DNA from: a virus
Lineage: Duplodnaviria; Caudoviricetes
Reading direction: 5' to 3' (one strand)
Virus record (IMG/VR): IMGVR_UViG_3300001242_000005
Span: 1-58,811 of that record
Length of the DNA stretch: 58,811 bases
The notes under the pieces were generated by a model that was given only the letters and a program-made list of their open reading frames with translations, was not told the origin of the DNA and ran no database searches. How positions within the stretch are numbered: position 1 is the stretch's first letter; every line of letters starts with the position of its first letter. Position numbers and translations under genes: made by a program. Below, one piece after another: positions 46,729-54,758 of this stretch.

Positions 46729-47652
46729 ATGACAAAGACGAGAGGACGCATACAGCGAGAAGGCACAATCAGATTTATCGATGCCGCTCTTTATATTACC
46801 GAAGATGGCCTTGCAGGGCTTTCTTGGGATGATCGTGAAAAATGGGAAAGGGATTTTAAGAAGCAGGTCTTTTCTCGAATCATCCAGCAGCTGAACCGCT
46901 TAGGGTGGACATGTATCGTACCGCCCGAGAAGGTTAAGCAGTACAGCCTCAATTTTGCGCGGTCGATGCGATACTGCGTCAAAGGTAATTTACAGGGCGA
47001 TTTACAAATAACCGGCAGATGCATCGAATTCAAGATGTTCCAGAGTGTGAATACACCGACCAGGCCTGACCATGGCGGCAGATACGAGAGCGATAAGGAA
47101 ATGGTGATGCCATACCTGATCAGGCTGGAGATGGAGCGAACCAGGCGGAGAATCAAAGACTATCTTTGTAATGTTTTCACTGGATATCGGTTTGATGCGC
47201 CCAAAAAAGAGAGAGGATTTGGAGGAATAACCGCCAGAGAGTGGGTGAAGCGTTCGACTGAAAGTTGCTGGCATTACGATAAGAACACCGGCCGGCGTCG
47301 TGGTGAAGAGAGTCCATACAACAACAGGAGCGCCGATGGACTTATTGTCGAACATGGCAAACGTGTCTGGTTTTCCGACTATAAGGGCAGGATCTGTACG
47401 GGAATTTCTCACTACAATATTAACAACATGTGGTGGGTTATTACCGGCAAGTATGGCCTGCGAAATCTCGCCAGCTTCGAAATATATGTCAAATTTCCCG
47501 GAAATATCAGGGTTAAGCGGAATCAGAAACAACGAGCGGCAAAGCTGAATAAACTTTTGAACGATGCCGTGTCGCAAATGAATTTTGAAAGGGCAATCGT
47601 ACTACGTAATCTGCTTCATCAGGATTCGGCAAAATTGGTAAGCACTAGATGA
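46729..47652 (+). CDS. Conserved phage hypothetical protein
   Basis: GAGGAGG SD; 307 aa; YNINNMWWV motif; UvrB/C-like C-terminal helix. Confidence 0.7.
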   Translation: MTKTRGRIQREGTIRFIDAALYITEDGLAGLSWDDREKWERDFKKQVFSRIIQQLNRLGWTCIVPPEKVKQYSLNFARSMRYCVKGNLQGDLQITGRCIEFKMFQSVNTPTRPDHGGRYESDKEMVMPYLIRLEMERTRRRIKDYLCNVFTGYRFDAPKKERGFGGITAREWVKRSTESCWHYDKNTGRRRGEESPYNNRSADGLIVEHGKRVWFSDYKGRICTGISHYNINNMWWVITGKYGLRNLASFEIYVKFPGNIRVKRNQKQRAAKLNKLLNDAVSQMNFERAIVLRNLLHQDSAKLVSTR

Positions 47653-47708
47653 AACTACTGTCAGTCAGCCGGCAGTAGTGAAAATGCAGCAAAACCGATA
47701 GGTGAAAT

Positions 47709-47894
47709 ATGAGAATTATAGCGATAGAGGAAAAGGACATTACCAGCCTTTTGGACAAACTGACGCTCACAGAATTTGAGATAAAAAACCGATACAAAAC
47801 AGAACATGCCGACCTTGCCAACACAATACACAGGGCCTTCCATTATGAATTGGTCAAGTTTTTCCAGAGCCAGGGCGCAGACTGCAAGAGGTAG
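47709..47894 (+). CDS. Hypothetical protein
   Basis: AGGTG SD; HRAFHYELV. Confidence 0.5.
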   Translation: MRIIAIEEKDITSLLDKLTLTEFEIKNRYKTEHADLANTIHRAFHYELVKFFQSQGADCKR

Positions 47895-47898
47895 AGCG

Positions 47899-48087
47899 AT
47901 GAAAATCCTATTGGTTGAAGAAGGGGATATCGATAAAGAAACGAATTGTTTAGCCAATGATATCGCCAAGAAATACCAATCAGGGGGATTCACCCATATC
48001 AGATTTGTCGGGCAACTCTGGGGTGTGCGGGTGAGCAATCTTTTAGGCCACAAGTTCATCTATCTTGATGATCCGGTAGAAGACTGA
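47899..48087 (+). CDS. Hypothetical protein
   Basis: GAGGT SD before MKILLVEEG. Confidence 0.5.
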   Translation: MKILLVEEGDIDKETNCLANDIAKKYQSGGFTHIRFVGQLWGVRVSNLLGHKFIYLDDPVED

Positions 48088-48140
48088 GCCGGTATTTGTA
48101 AACCGGGGGAATAATCCCCATAAAAACACAGGTGAATACC

Positions 48141-48383
48141 ATGAGAACGATGAGAGCAAAAATGAAGGTGTCCAGGGTTGAGTCTTTCGAGACTTACCAA
48201 AATCTGACATTCCGCGCTGTTTGCAAGAGCGATGGATATCCGGCGGACGGCAGCGACGAGAATAACAGCTTCGCCAAATGGACACCGACGGCAGCGCTAA
48301 ACATGACAGTGAACAATCCTGACCTTTTCGGAAAAATCAACGAAGGCGAGGAATATTACCTCGATTTCACCAAAGCTGAATAA
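48141..48383 (+). CDS. Conserved small phage protein
   Basis: MRAKMKV, ENNSFAKWTP, NP and GEEYYLDFT motifs. Confidence 0.7.
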   Translation: MRTMRAKMKVSRVESFETYQNLTFRAVCKSDGYPADGSDENNSFAKWTPTAALNMTVNNPDLFGKINEGEEYYLDFTKAE

Positions 48384-48425
48384 ATCTCAATCACTGCCAT
48401 AGCAGACTGTTTGCCCTACAATAAG

Positions 48426-48483
48426 GTCAGGCAGTCTGACAGACTTCGAAATACTATCGATTTTTTGAAAATTTAAAAATGGA
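48426..48483 (+). repeat. Dispersed gene-boundary repeat, copy 2
   Basis: GTCAGGC-N9-GACTTCGAAATACTATCGATTTTTTGAAAATTTAAAAATGGA. Confidence 0.85.
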
Positions 48484-48489
48484 ACGAAG

Positions 48490-48711
48490 ATGAATACCAT
48501 GCAAGCGCTGATCAATGCCGGCATTAACGCTTTTGGAGCGCAATTGTTGGCAGAGTCGTACTTGAAGAGCCCGCTGGCCGAGCAAGCTCTGCAGCGCGGC
48601 GAGCCTATGAAATTTTTTCTCCCAATCAATCGAAGCGATTGTCCTGGGTGGTCAGGGGTTGAAATTTTAATTTCAGCTGTCCCGGTACCGGACAAGATTG
48701 ACTGTACTTGA
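48490..48711 (+). CDS. Hypothetical protein
   Basis: Start immediately after repeat copy 2. Confidence 0.5.
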   Translation: MNTMQALINAGINAFGAQLLAESYLKSPLAEQALQRGEPMKFFLPINRSDCPGWSGVEILISAVPVPDKIDCT

Positions 48712-48961
48712 TATCGAAATATCAAAAGATGGTGACATGATGATAGGAAACCTGAACATCACCTGCAACTATTGCGGAAAGCCTCAGTGTGTTGTTGTGC
48801 CATATAATATCACCGACATGCATACGGCAGCAAAAAACTTCCTCGAGGCGGTTATCAGTCTCAACGAATCGCCTTTCGATCTACGGGCGGTTGATCAGTA
48901 TAACATGGCCAAGCAGCAATTCATTGATGTTTTTGGATTATCTACAAGCCAACAGGGGTGA
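48698..48961 (+). CDS. Hypothetical protein with CxxC
   Basis: Fills the gap in the operon; start uncertain. Confidence 0.4.
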   Translation: MTVLDIEISKDGDMMIGNLNITCNYCGKPQCVVVPYNITDMHTAAKNFLEAVISLNESPFDLRAVDQYNMAKQQFIDVFGLSTSQQG

Positions 48962-48965
48962 GTTT

Positions 48966-49145
48966 ATGGGCGATTTTTTCGTTATGCTTTACACGCAGAA
49001 CGGCAGTTTTGTCCCGATGATGGTCGATGATTACGACATCGCAAAATACAAGACAGAAGAAGAGGCAAGATTGGCGGCCACAGACAATCCGCTGGGCGAA
49101 GTATTCGGCTACGAAATTTTTGAAATAGGCGCGGGCTGGCGTTAG
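48966..49145 (+). CDS. Hypothetical protein
   Basis: GGGGTG SD; MGDFFVMLYTQNG...GYEIFEIG; its TAG stop lies within GTTAGGC. Confidence 0.6.
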   Translation: MGDFFVMLYTQNGSFVPMMVDDYDIAKYKTEEEARLAATDNPLGEVFGYEIFEIGAGWR

Positions 49146-49196
49146 GCGCCGTGACAGACTTCGAAATACTATCGATTTTGAAAATTTAAAAACGGA
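49141..49196 (+). repeat. Dispersed gene-boundary repeat, copy 3
   Basis: GTTAGGC-N9-GACTTCGAAATACTATCGATTTTGAAAATTTAAAAACGGA. Confidence 0.85.
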
Positions 49197-49312
49197 GCGG
49201 AAAATGAACGAATTTAACATCCACATGTCGATCATTACTTTGATAGGGATTGCGTTGATGATTTTGGTTTGGATATGAACAATTAAGAAATCCTTAACAG
49301 TTGGTAAGCCAT

Positions 49313-49636
49313 ATGGACGACTTGATTTTATGGGCCGATAAGGCAGCGCACCTGCTTGCGGCAATACTGCGCAATCAAGGCCATGATGAGATCGTTGCTG
49401 CAAGATCGTTAATCGACGAATGGGACGCGAAGTTTGAAAATATCACATGGGAGAAACTAAATGAGTTGGGAATTACCGAAACGCATAATTGGAGAGATGG
49501 TGCGAGCGATGAACACCACAGAGAACCAAAAAGCAGGGATCGCGGGGAGGACAGGGGCGGTAGTAGGAATAGGCAATGCCAACCAGTACGGCTCACGCCT
49601 CTGCAAAATACAGGACGACAACGGAGCCTGTTTTGA
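49313..49636 (+). CDS. Hypothetical protein
   Basis: MDDLILWADKAAHLL; 3' part overlaps an ORF at 49509-49682. Confidence 0.45.
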   Translation: MDDLILWADKAAHLLAAILRNQGHDEIVAARSLIDEWDAKFENITWEKLNELGITETHNWRDGASDEHHREPKSRDRGEDRGGSRNRQCQPVRLTPLQNTGRQRSLF

Positions 49637-49664
49637 GTGTCACGAACATAGTCTAGCCGGCAGT

Positions 49665-49697
49665 GTCAGGCGTGATGGTTGACTTCGAAATATATTG
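49665..49697 (+). repeat. Dispersed gene-boundary repeat, copy 4
   Basis: GTCAGGC-N9-GACTTCGAAATATATTG directly upstream of recombinase 2. Confidence 0.75.
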
Positions 49698-49723
49698 ATT
49701 GAAATAAGCAAAAAGGAAATACG

Positions 49724-50344
49724 GTGCGAGGATCACGCCCATTGACAGCCGAAGAGGCACAGCGATTGAAGCGTCTCTTTTCCGGCAAGATGGCGACCAG
49801 AAATCTGGCGCTGTTTCTCCTGGGGGCGAATACCGGGTTTCGGATTACCGAGCTGCTGTCGCTGCGGCTCGGTGATGTCCTCGAGGAGGACGGGCGGATC
49901 AAGAGTCGGATCACGGTGAGCAGGCGGTTTATGAAGGGAAAGCGGGCATCGCGCAACGTCTATCTCAACGAGTATGCCCGGAAGGGTTTGCGTCCATGGC
50001 TGGTGGTGCTGCGGGACCAGTCGGTTATTCACCGGGACGATTTTGTCTTTCGCAGTTACGGCATGGGCAATAAGGCAATCGGCAGAGTTCAGGCGTGGAA
50101 AGTGATGACCAAGGTCTACAAGTTGGCGGGTCTGACCGGAAAACTCGGCACTCATGCCATGCGCAAAACCTTTGCCAACAATGTGTATCAGAAGCTGTTG
50201 AAGCGGGTGGCGGCGGGCGAGGCTATCGATGCGTTTCGATCGACATCGAAGGCGCTCGGTCATAGCGATATAAAAAGCACCGATCAGTATTTGAGTTTTC
50301 TCACTGAAGACATCGACGAGACTATTGCCGGGGTAGGGGTATGA
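49724..50344 (+). CDS. Short tyrosine recombinase (catalytic domain only)
   Basis: NTGFRITELL, MKGK, THAMRKT, LGH and TDQYL; 206 aa. Confidence 0.9.
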   Translation: MRGSRPLTAEEAQRLKRLFSGKMATRNLALFLLGANTGFRITELLSLRLGDVLEEDGRIKSRITVSRRFMKGKRASRNVYLNEYARKGLRPWLVVLRDQSVIHRDDFVFRSYGMGNKAIGRVQAWKVMTKVYKLAGLTGKLGTHAMRKTFANNVYQKLLKRVAAGEAIDAFRSTSKALGHSDIKSTDQYLSFLTEDIDETIAGVGV

Positions 50345-50550
50345 AGGATGATCTTGCGGTCAGGCTGCTGACGATCGAGGACTTGACGGCCAGGTGGAGC
50401 ATGAGCCCCAAGACCTGCTATCGGATTGCGGCGCAGTATAAAGAAATCCTCGATCCGAAGAAGATCGGCAGGGAATACCGGTTTGAGCCGGAGAACGTCA
50501 AACGGTTTGAAGAGCAGATGCGGATGGTCACTGAAGACAAGGAGGCGTGA
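50341..50550 (+). CDS. Excisionase-like winged HTH protein
   Basis: LLTIEDLTARWSMSPKTCYR...KIGREYRF. Confidence 0.75.
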   Translation: MKDDLAVRLLTIEDLTARWSMSPKTCYRIAAQYKEILDPKKIGREYRFEPENVKRFEEQMRMVTEDKEA

Positions 50551-50551
50551 G

Positions 50552-50992
50552 ATGGAGTGTTCGTGTGTATATGTCAACCATGAGAGCAGTATTTTCGCGA
50601 TGTGGTCGGCGGATTTGGGATTTATCCCCGCCAAGCGCGTGGTCTATTGCGATGAGTGCGGGGCGGCAATCGCCCCGGGTGAGCTGCATGAAAAATACTG
50701 TGTGCAGTGGGAACATCACCAACATTTCTTGAGGCATGCTGGAGTTGAAGGGGAATACCGGTCGTATCGGACCTGTCCGGACTGCCACTCCATCCGCAAG
50801 GAATTCTTTTGCGATGGCTGGATATGGACCCAGATTATCGACGATCTGTGGGATCATATCGTCAGTATTGACGGCGAGCTGAGTGAAACGTGTCTCATCG
50901 AGCTGACGCCTGGTGGACGGGCAATGGTCTGCGATTTAATCGAGTATATGTGGCGGATGGATGAGGGAATACGAGAGGAGATCGGCGCATGA
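50552..50992 (+). CDS. Zinc-binding hypothetical protein
   Basis: AAGGAGG SD; CDECG..I.PGE and RTCPDC..IR..FFC. Confidence 0.65.
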   Translation: MECSCVYVNHESSIFAMWSADLGFIPAKRVVYCDECGAAIAPGELHEKYCVQWEHHQHFLRHAGVEGEYRSYRTCPDCHSIRKEFFCDGWIWTQIIDDLWDHIVSIDGELSETCLIELTPGGRAMVCDLIEYMWRMDEGIREEIGA

Positions 50993-51735
50993 AACGATAT
51001 TTCTGGACCAACAAAGAAAGCGCGGTTGTCGCCGAATATTATCCGGTCGGCGGGATGAAGGCCTGTCTGCCTCTTTTGCCGCGGCGGACGCAGAAGGGGA
51101 TCTATTGTCAGGCGCGTAAGCTGGGCCTGATGTTCGGCAACAACAAGCCGAGGCAGCGGAAGCGGTGGGCGACCACCGAACGGATAGACCGGATGATCAT
51201 CGACTGTTACCGGCAGTCGCCGGAGAAAGGCGCTTTAAAGAAGCTGGCGAAGACGATTGCCAGGCCCTACTGGTGGGTGAAGAGCAGGGCGCAGGCGCTG
51301 GGGGCGGCATCGGTGGCGCTGGCCGGAAACAAGGAACCGCAATGGTCGGAAGCCGAGTTGCTGCTGCTGCGGAAAAACTCCTGCAAGCATCCGCAGACCA
51401 TATCGAAAATATTCAGGGCACATGGTTTTAAGCGTTCTGCCACGGCAATTGTGGTGAAGCGCAAGCGGTTGAAATTCGACACCGTCGATATCGACGTGTT
51501 TACCGCCCGCCAGCTGGCCGAGGAGTTCGGCGTCGATCCGAAGGTTGTTACAGGCTGGATTCGCAAAGGATGGTTGAAGGCCGGGCGGATGGGTACGGCG
51601 CGGCGTAATCCGGATGAGGATGCGTACCGGATCAAGCGGAAGAGTGTGCGAAATTTTGTGGTGGAGAGCGTCGGGGTTATCGATATCCGTAAGGTCGACA
51701 AGGTGTGGTTTGTCGATCTGCTGGCCAATCCTTGA
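50989..51735 (+). CDS. Multi-HTH DNA-binding protein
   Basis: Repeated W(T/S)..E units plus a C-terminal TARQLAEEFGVD...V.GWI.KGWL HTH. Confidence 0.7.
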   Translation: MKRYFWTNKESAVVAEYYPVGGMKACLPLLPRRTQKGIYCQARKLGLMFGNNKPRQRKRWATTERIDRMIIDCYRQSPEKGALKKLAKTIARPYWWVKSRAQALGAASVALAGNKEPQWSEAELLLLRKNSCKHPQTISKIFRAHGFKRSATAIVVKRKRLKFDTVDIDVFTARQLAEEFGVDPKVVTGWIRKGWLKAGRMGTARRNPDEDAYRIKRKSVRNFVVESVGVIDIRKVDKVWFVDLLANP

Positions 51736-51752
51736 GGGTGAGGGGAGATATC

Positions 51753-52148
51753 ATGAGCGACGAGCGGCCGATCTTTGCCCGGTGGCGGTATCCATTTGCT
51801 GAAATAGAGGGCAAGAAAATATTGATTATCGAGTTTTTCGAAGCGCGGCACTGGCGGTTGCGGCAGGGGATGGATGTCTGGCCATCGCCGAAGGAGCGGG
51901 AAGACTGGGGCCGGCCGGGATGGTCGGAGATGTTTCGCTTGCGGATCAACGGCAGGTGGTTCGGGCCGCGAAAGTTGAGTTTCTTCACCATGGTTCAGGC
52001 GGCGCGGATCGTTGCGCGGATACTGGCTGACCGAAAGATCGAGGACCGGCACGTGCTGGAACTGGTCGAGGAGAGGGAAGCGTGGGCGTATATCGGCGGC
52101 GAAGGGGCGGTCTGGCAGGTTGGGCAAGTCGATAGCGGGATGAATTGA
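51753..52148 (+). CDS. Hypothetical protein
   Basis: GGGGAG SD before MSDERP; FRLRINGRW. Confidence 0.6.
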   Translation: MSDERPIFARWRYPFAEIEGKKILIIEFFEARHWRLRQGMDVWPSPKEREDWGRPGWSEMFRLRINGRWFGPRKLSFFTMVQAARIVARILADRKIEDRHVLELVEEREAWAYIGGEGAVWQVGQVDSGMN

Positions 52149-52348
52149 CCATGGCCTTTAAGATGGTCAAACCGAAAAAACTGGACGACGAGGTGGTGTG
52201 CAGGATGCAGGGAGAATTGTTTATGACGAAATCTTGGTGCAGGCAGGCGCAGTACAACGAGATATGCCACGGTTGCCCGGAGAATGAGGGGTTGGCGAAG
52301 AGCAGGTTTCAGTTGGAGAGGGATGGGGTGGATCACAATCATGGCTGA
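52145..52348 (+). CDS. Small Cys-containing protein
   Basis: Overlaps both neighbours; 4 Cys. Confidence 0.5.
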   Translation: MTMAFKMVKPKKLDDEVVCRMQGELFMTKSWCRQAQYNEICHGCPENEGLAKSRFQLERDGVDHNHG

Positions 52349-53261
52349 GAAATACCGTAAAGTAGATCCGAGGGTATGGAAGGATGAAAAATTTATCACT
52401 CTGTCGGAGAGGGATAAGCTCATTTTCATCTACTGCATCACCGCTCAAGTAAACCGGATCGGGATCTTTAATTTTTCGCCGGCGATGGCTGCGGAAGACG
52501 TTGGCGTAACTAATACCCAAACGTTTCGGGAACGTTTCGATAACGTCAAAAAACTCTTCGGTTGGGGGTATGATGAAACGTTCAGAGTGCTCTATATTCC
52601 CACCTGGTGGAAGTACAATTTGCCCGAGAACAGAAACGTGTTGCTGGGCAACTTGAAAGACCTTCACGAACTCCCGAACACTCCACTTTTATCTTTATTT
52701 TACAGCAACTTAAAATATCTTGGCGACCTTGCCGAAACGTTTAGCCAAACGTTAGCCGAACGTTACCGCAAACCCTCGCCAATACAGGAACAGGAACAGG
52801 AACAGGAACAGGAAGGTTATTGTCCGGAGCTGCGCGGCACCTCCGAACCGGCCGCCACGGATCAGCCTGTTGGCCATGATCAGGAAAAACCTGTGATGGT
52901 TTTTCCGCTCATCAAAAAAGACGGCGAGTTTGCAATTTTTCAGAAAGACATCGACGAATGGCAGGAGTCCTTCCCCGGGATCGATGTTGAAATCGATCTG
53001 AAGGTCTGCCGGCAGTGGTCGGTCGATAATCCGTCCAGGCGGAAAACCAGGAATGGCATCCGCAAGCATATCTCGGGGTGGCTGGCCAAGGAGCAGGACC
53101 GGAAGGGGAGAGAGTTGGGGAATGCGGTGAAACCTCCAAGCAACGGCAAGGCCAGGTGTGGAATGTGTTCGTACAACAGCCGGGGGAGAAAATGCCGGAA
53201 CCTTGGGAAGGAAGATTTCGATGTGAAAACGTGCGCAGCATTTGTGAGGGTTGATGCATGA
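52341..53261 (+). CDS. Replication initiator (replisome-organizer type)
   Basis: YRKVDPRVWKDEKF..LS N-terminus, QEQEQEQE linker, W...FPGIDV..W..NPSRRKT..GI.K.I.GWL C-terminal domain. Confidence 0.8.
   Translation: MAEKYRKVDPRVWKDEKFITLSERDKLIFIYCITAQVNRIGIFNFSPAMAAEDVGVTNTQTFRERFDNVKKLFGWGYDETFRVLYIPTWWKYNLPENRNVLLGNLKDLHELPNTPLLSLFYSNLKYLGDLAETFSQTLAERYRKPSPIQEQEQEQEQEGYCPELRGTSEPAATDQPVGHDQEKPVMVFPLIKKDGEFAIFQKDIDEWQESFPGIDVEIDLKVCRQWSVDNPSRRKTRNGIRKHISGWLAKEQDRKGRELGNAVKPPSNGKARCGMCSYNSRGRKCRNLGKEDFDVKTCAAFVRVDA
52731..52814. repeat. Iteron-like repeats, candidate replication origin
   Basis: GCCGAAACGTTTA, GCCAAACGTTA, GCCGAACGTTA then (CAGGAA)5; further AACGT repeats at 52519-52546. Confidence 0.55.
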
Positions 53262-53803
53262 AAACAATTTCGTGGAGTGAATTGGGAAAGGTTTTTGCCG
53301 GCAGGCCGGTAATGGCGGTCAGCCTTTGGCAGCCGTGGGCGAGTTTGATAATGACCGGGGCGAAGACGTTTGAGACGCGGTCATGGGCGACTGAGTATCG
53401 GGGGCCTTTGGTGATCTGCGCTGCAAAGGCTGGACTTCCAAAAGGAGAGTTGCGGGCGATACTGATGCACGATGCTTTCCGCCAGGCGCTTTCTCCGATA
53501 CTCGGTCTCGGATCCGAGTTGGGAGAATTTGAGTTTGCCGCGGCCGCAATGGGACTTCTTCCGCGTGGTATGGCGCTGGGATGTGTCGACGTGGTCGACT
53601 GCATCGGCACTGAGCGGCTTGGAGCAGATAGCGCTGCGGGTCGAATAGAGTCGATATTGCCGGAGATTTTGTTTGGCGATTTTTCTCCGGGAAGATTCGC
53701 CTGGAAATTGGAAAACGTCAGGCCGTTTGCCGAGCTGGTGCCGGTGAAAGGAAAACAAGGGTTTTTCAAAATTGATATCAATGCGGTGGGAGGTATTTCA
53801 TGA
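53258..53803 (+). CDS. ASCH domain protein
   Basis: SLWQPWASLI..GAK.FETRSW.T.YRGPL.I.A and P.KGKQGF. Confidence 0.9.
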   Translation: MKTISWSELGKVFAGRPVMAVSLWQPWASLIMTGAKTFETRSWATEYRGPLVICAAKAGLPKGELRAILMHDAFRQALSPILGLGSELGEFEFAAAAMGLLPRGMALGCVDVVDCIGTERLGADSAAGRIESILPEILFGDFSPGRFAWKLENVRPFAELVPVKGKQGFFKIDINAVGGIS

Positions 53804-54615
53804 AAGTTTTGTATCACGCGAATTGCAATGATGGGGCGGCTGCGGCGCTGGCGGTGTGGTTGAAGTATGGCGATAAAGGGGTTGAGTATATCCCGGTGCA
53901 GTATGGGCAGGAACCGCCGGAAGGATTGGATGGGGAAGAGGTTGTCATCGTCGATTTCAGCTACAAGCGGGATGTGTTGGTCGAGATGGCGAAAGTTGCC
54001 GAATGGCTGCTGGTGCTCGATCATCACAAAACGGCGGAATTGGAGTTGCAGGGCTTGTCAGGCGAAAATATCGAAGCATATTTCGACATGACGAAATCCG
54101 GCGCGGTGATGGCCTGGGAATATTTTCACGAATCGCCGGTACCGAAGCTGTTTCTGGTCATCCAGGACCGCGATTTGTGGAAATTCGAGTTCGGCCAATA
54201 CACGATGCATTGTCAAAAAGGGTTGCAGTTGCATCCGGAGTGGCGAACATGGATGACGCTGCAGCCAAACGAGTTGGCGAAAGAGGGAATGGCGGTCAAC
54301 TCCTACATGGAATTGCAGACGAAAAAGATGATCAAGGATGGTCCGGTGAAATGGGATGTTACCGGCGATATTGTGCCGGTTTACAACATGCCAGGATTCA
54401 TGCTTTCCGATTCACTGCATGCGGCCCTCGAACGGTATCCTGATGCACCGTTTGCGGTAGGATATTTCGATCTGGCTGGAGGGAGCAAGCGCGTGTATTC
54501 CCTGCGGTCAAGGGAAGGCGGGGTCGATGTCTCGGAGATTGCCAGGAAGCATGGTGGTGGAGGGCATGTTCATGCCGCCGGATTTTCGATGGATCTGCTG
54601 CCGGCATGGTTATGA
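53800..54615 (+). CDS. DHH/DHHA1 phosphoesterase
   Basis: YH..C.DG, VDFS, LDHHKT, DRDLW, YSLRS and GGGGH..AAGF. Confidence 0.9.
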   Translation: MKVLYHANCNDGAAAALAVWLKYGDKGVEYIPVQYGQEPPEGLDGEEVVIVDFSYKRDVLVEMAKVAEWLLVLDHHKTAELELQGLSGENIEAYFDMTKSGAVMAWEYFHESPVPKLFLVIQDRDLWKFEFGQYTMHCQKGLQLHPEWRTWMTLQPNELAKEGMAVNSYMELQTKKMIKDGPVKWDVTGDIVPVYNMPGFMLSDSLHAALERYPDAPFAVGYFDLAGGSKRVYSLRSREGGVDVSEIARKHGGGGHVHAAGFSMDLLPAWL

Positions 54616-54638
54616 ACGGCCGGGCGGAGAAGAGGGAG

Positions 54639-54758
54639 ATGCCATGCGCCGGTTGCGGCAAGCCGGCAGAGCCTGATGACGGGCTCTGCCGGGAGTGCGC
54701 GGAGATGTTGAACAGGCTGGCTTGTGTTTTTGAGGGGCGGGAGGAGGAAAGGCGATGA
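54639..54758 (+). CDS. 39-aa zinc-finger peptide
   Basis: MPCAGCG...LCREC; ATGA overlap with the methyltransferase. Confidence 0.45.
   Translation: MPCAGCGKPAEPDDGLCRECAEMLNRLACVFEGREEERR

Noticed and set aside
48426-49697. CRISPR array
   Set aside because: Repeats are 500-700 bp apart and separated by genes; no cas genes
52912-54027. Long antisense ORFs (also 8209-9162, 51267-52127, 30906-31631, 42960-43682)
   Set aside because: Shadows of well-supported genes on the opposite strand with no recognisable motifs
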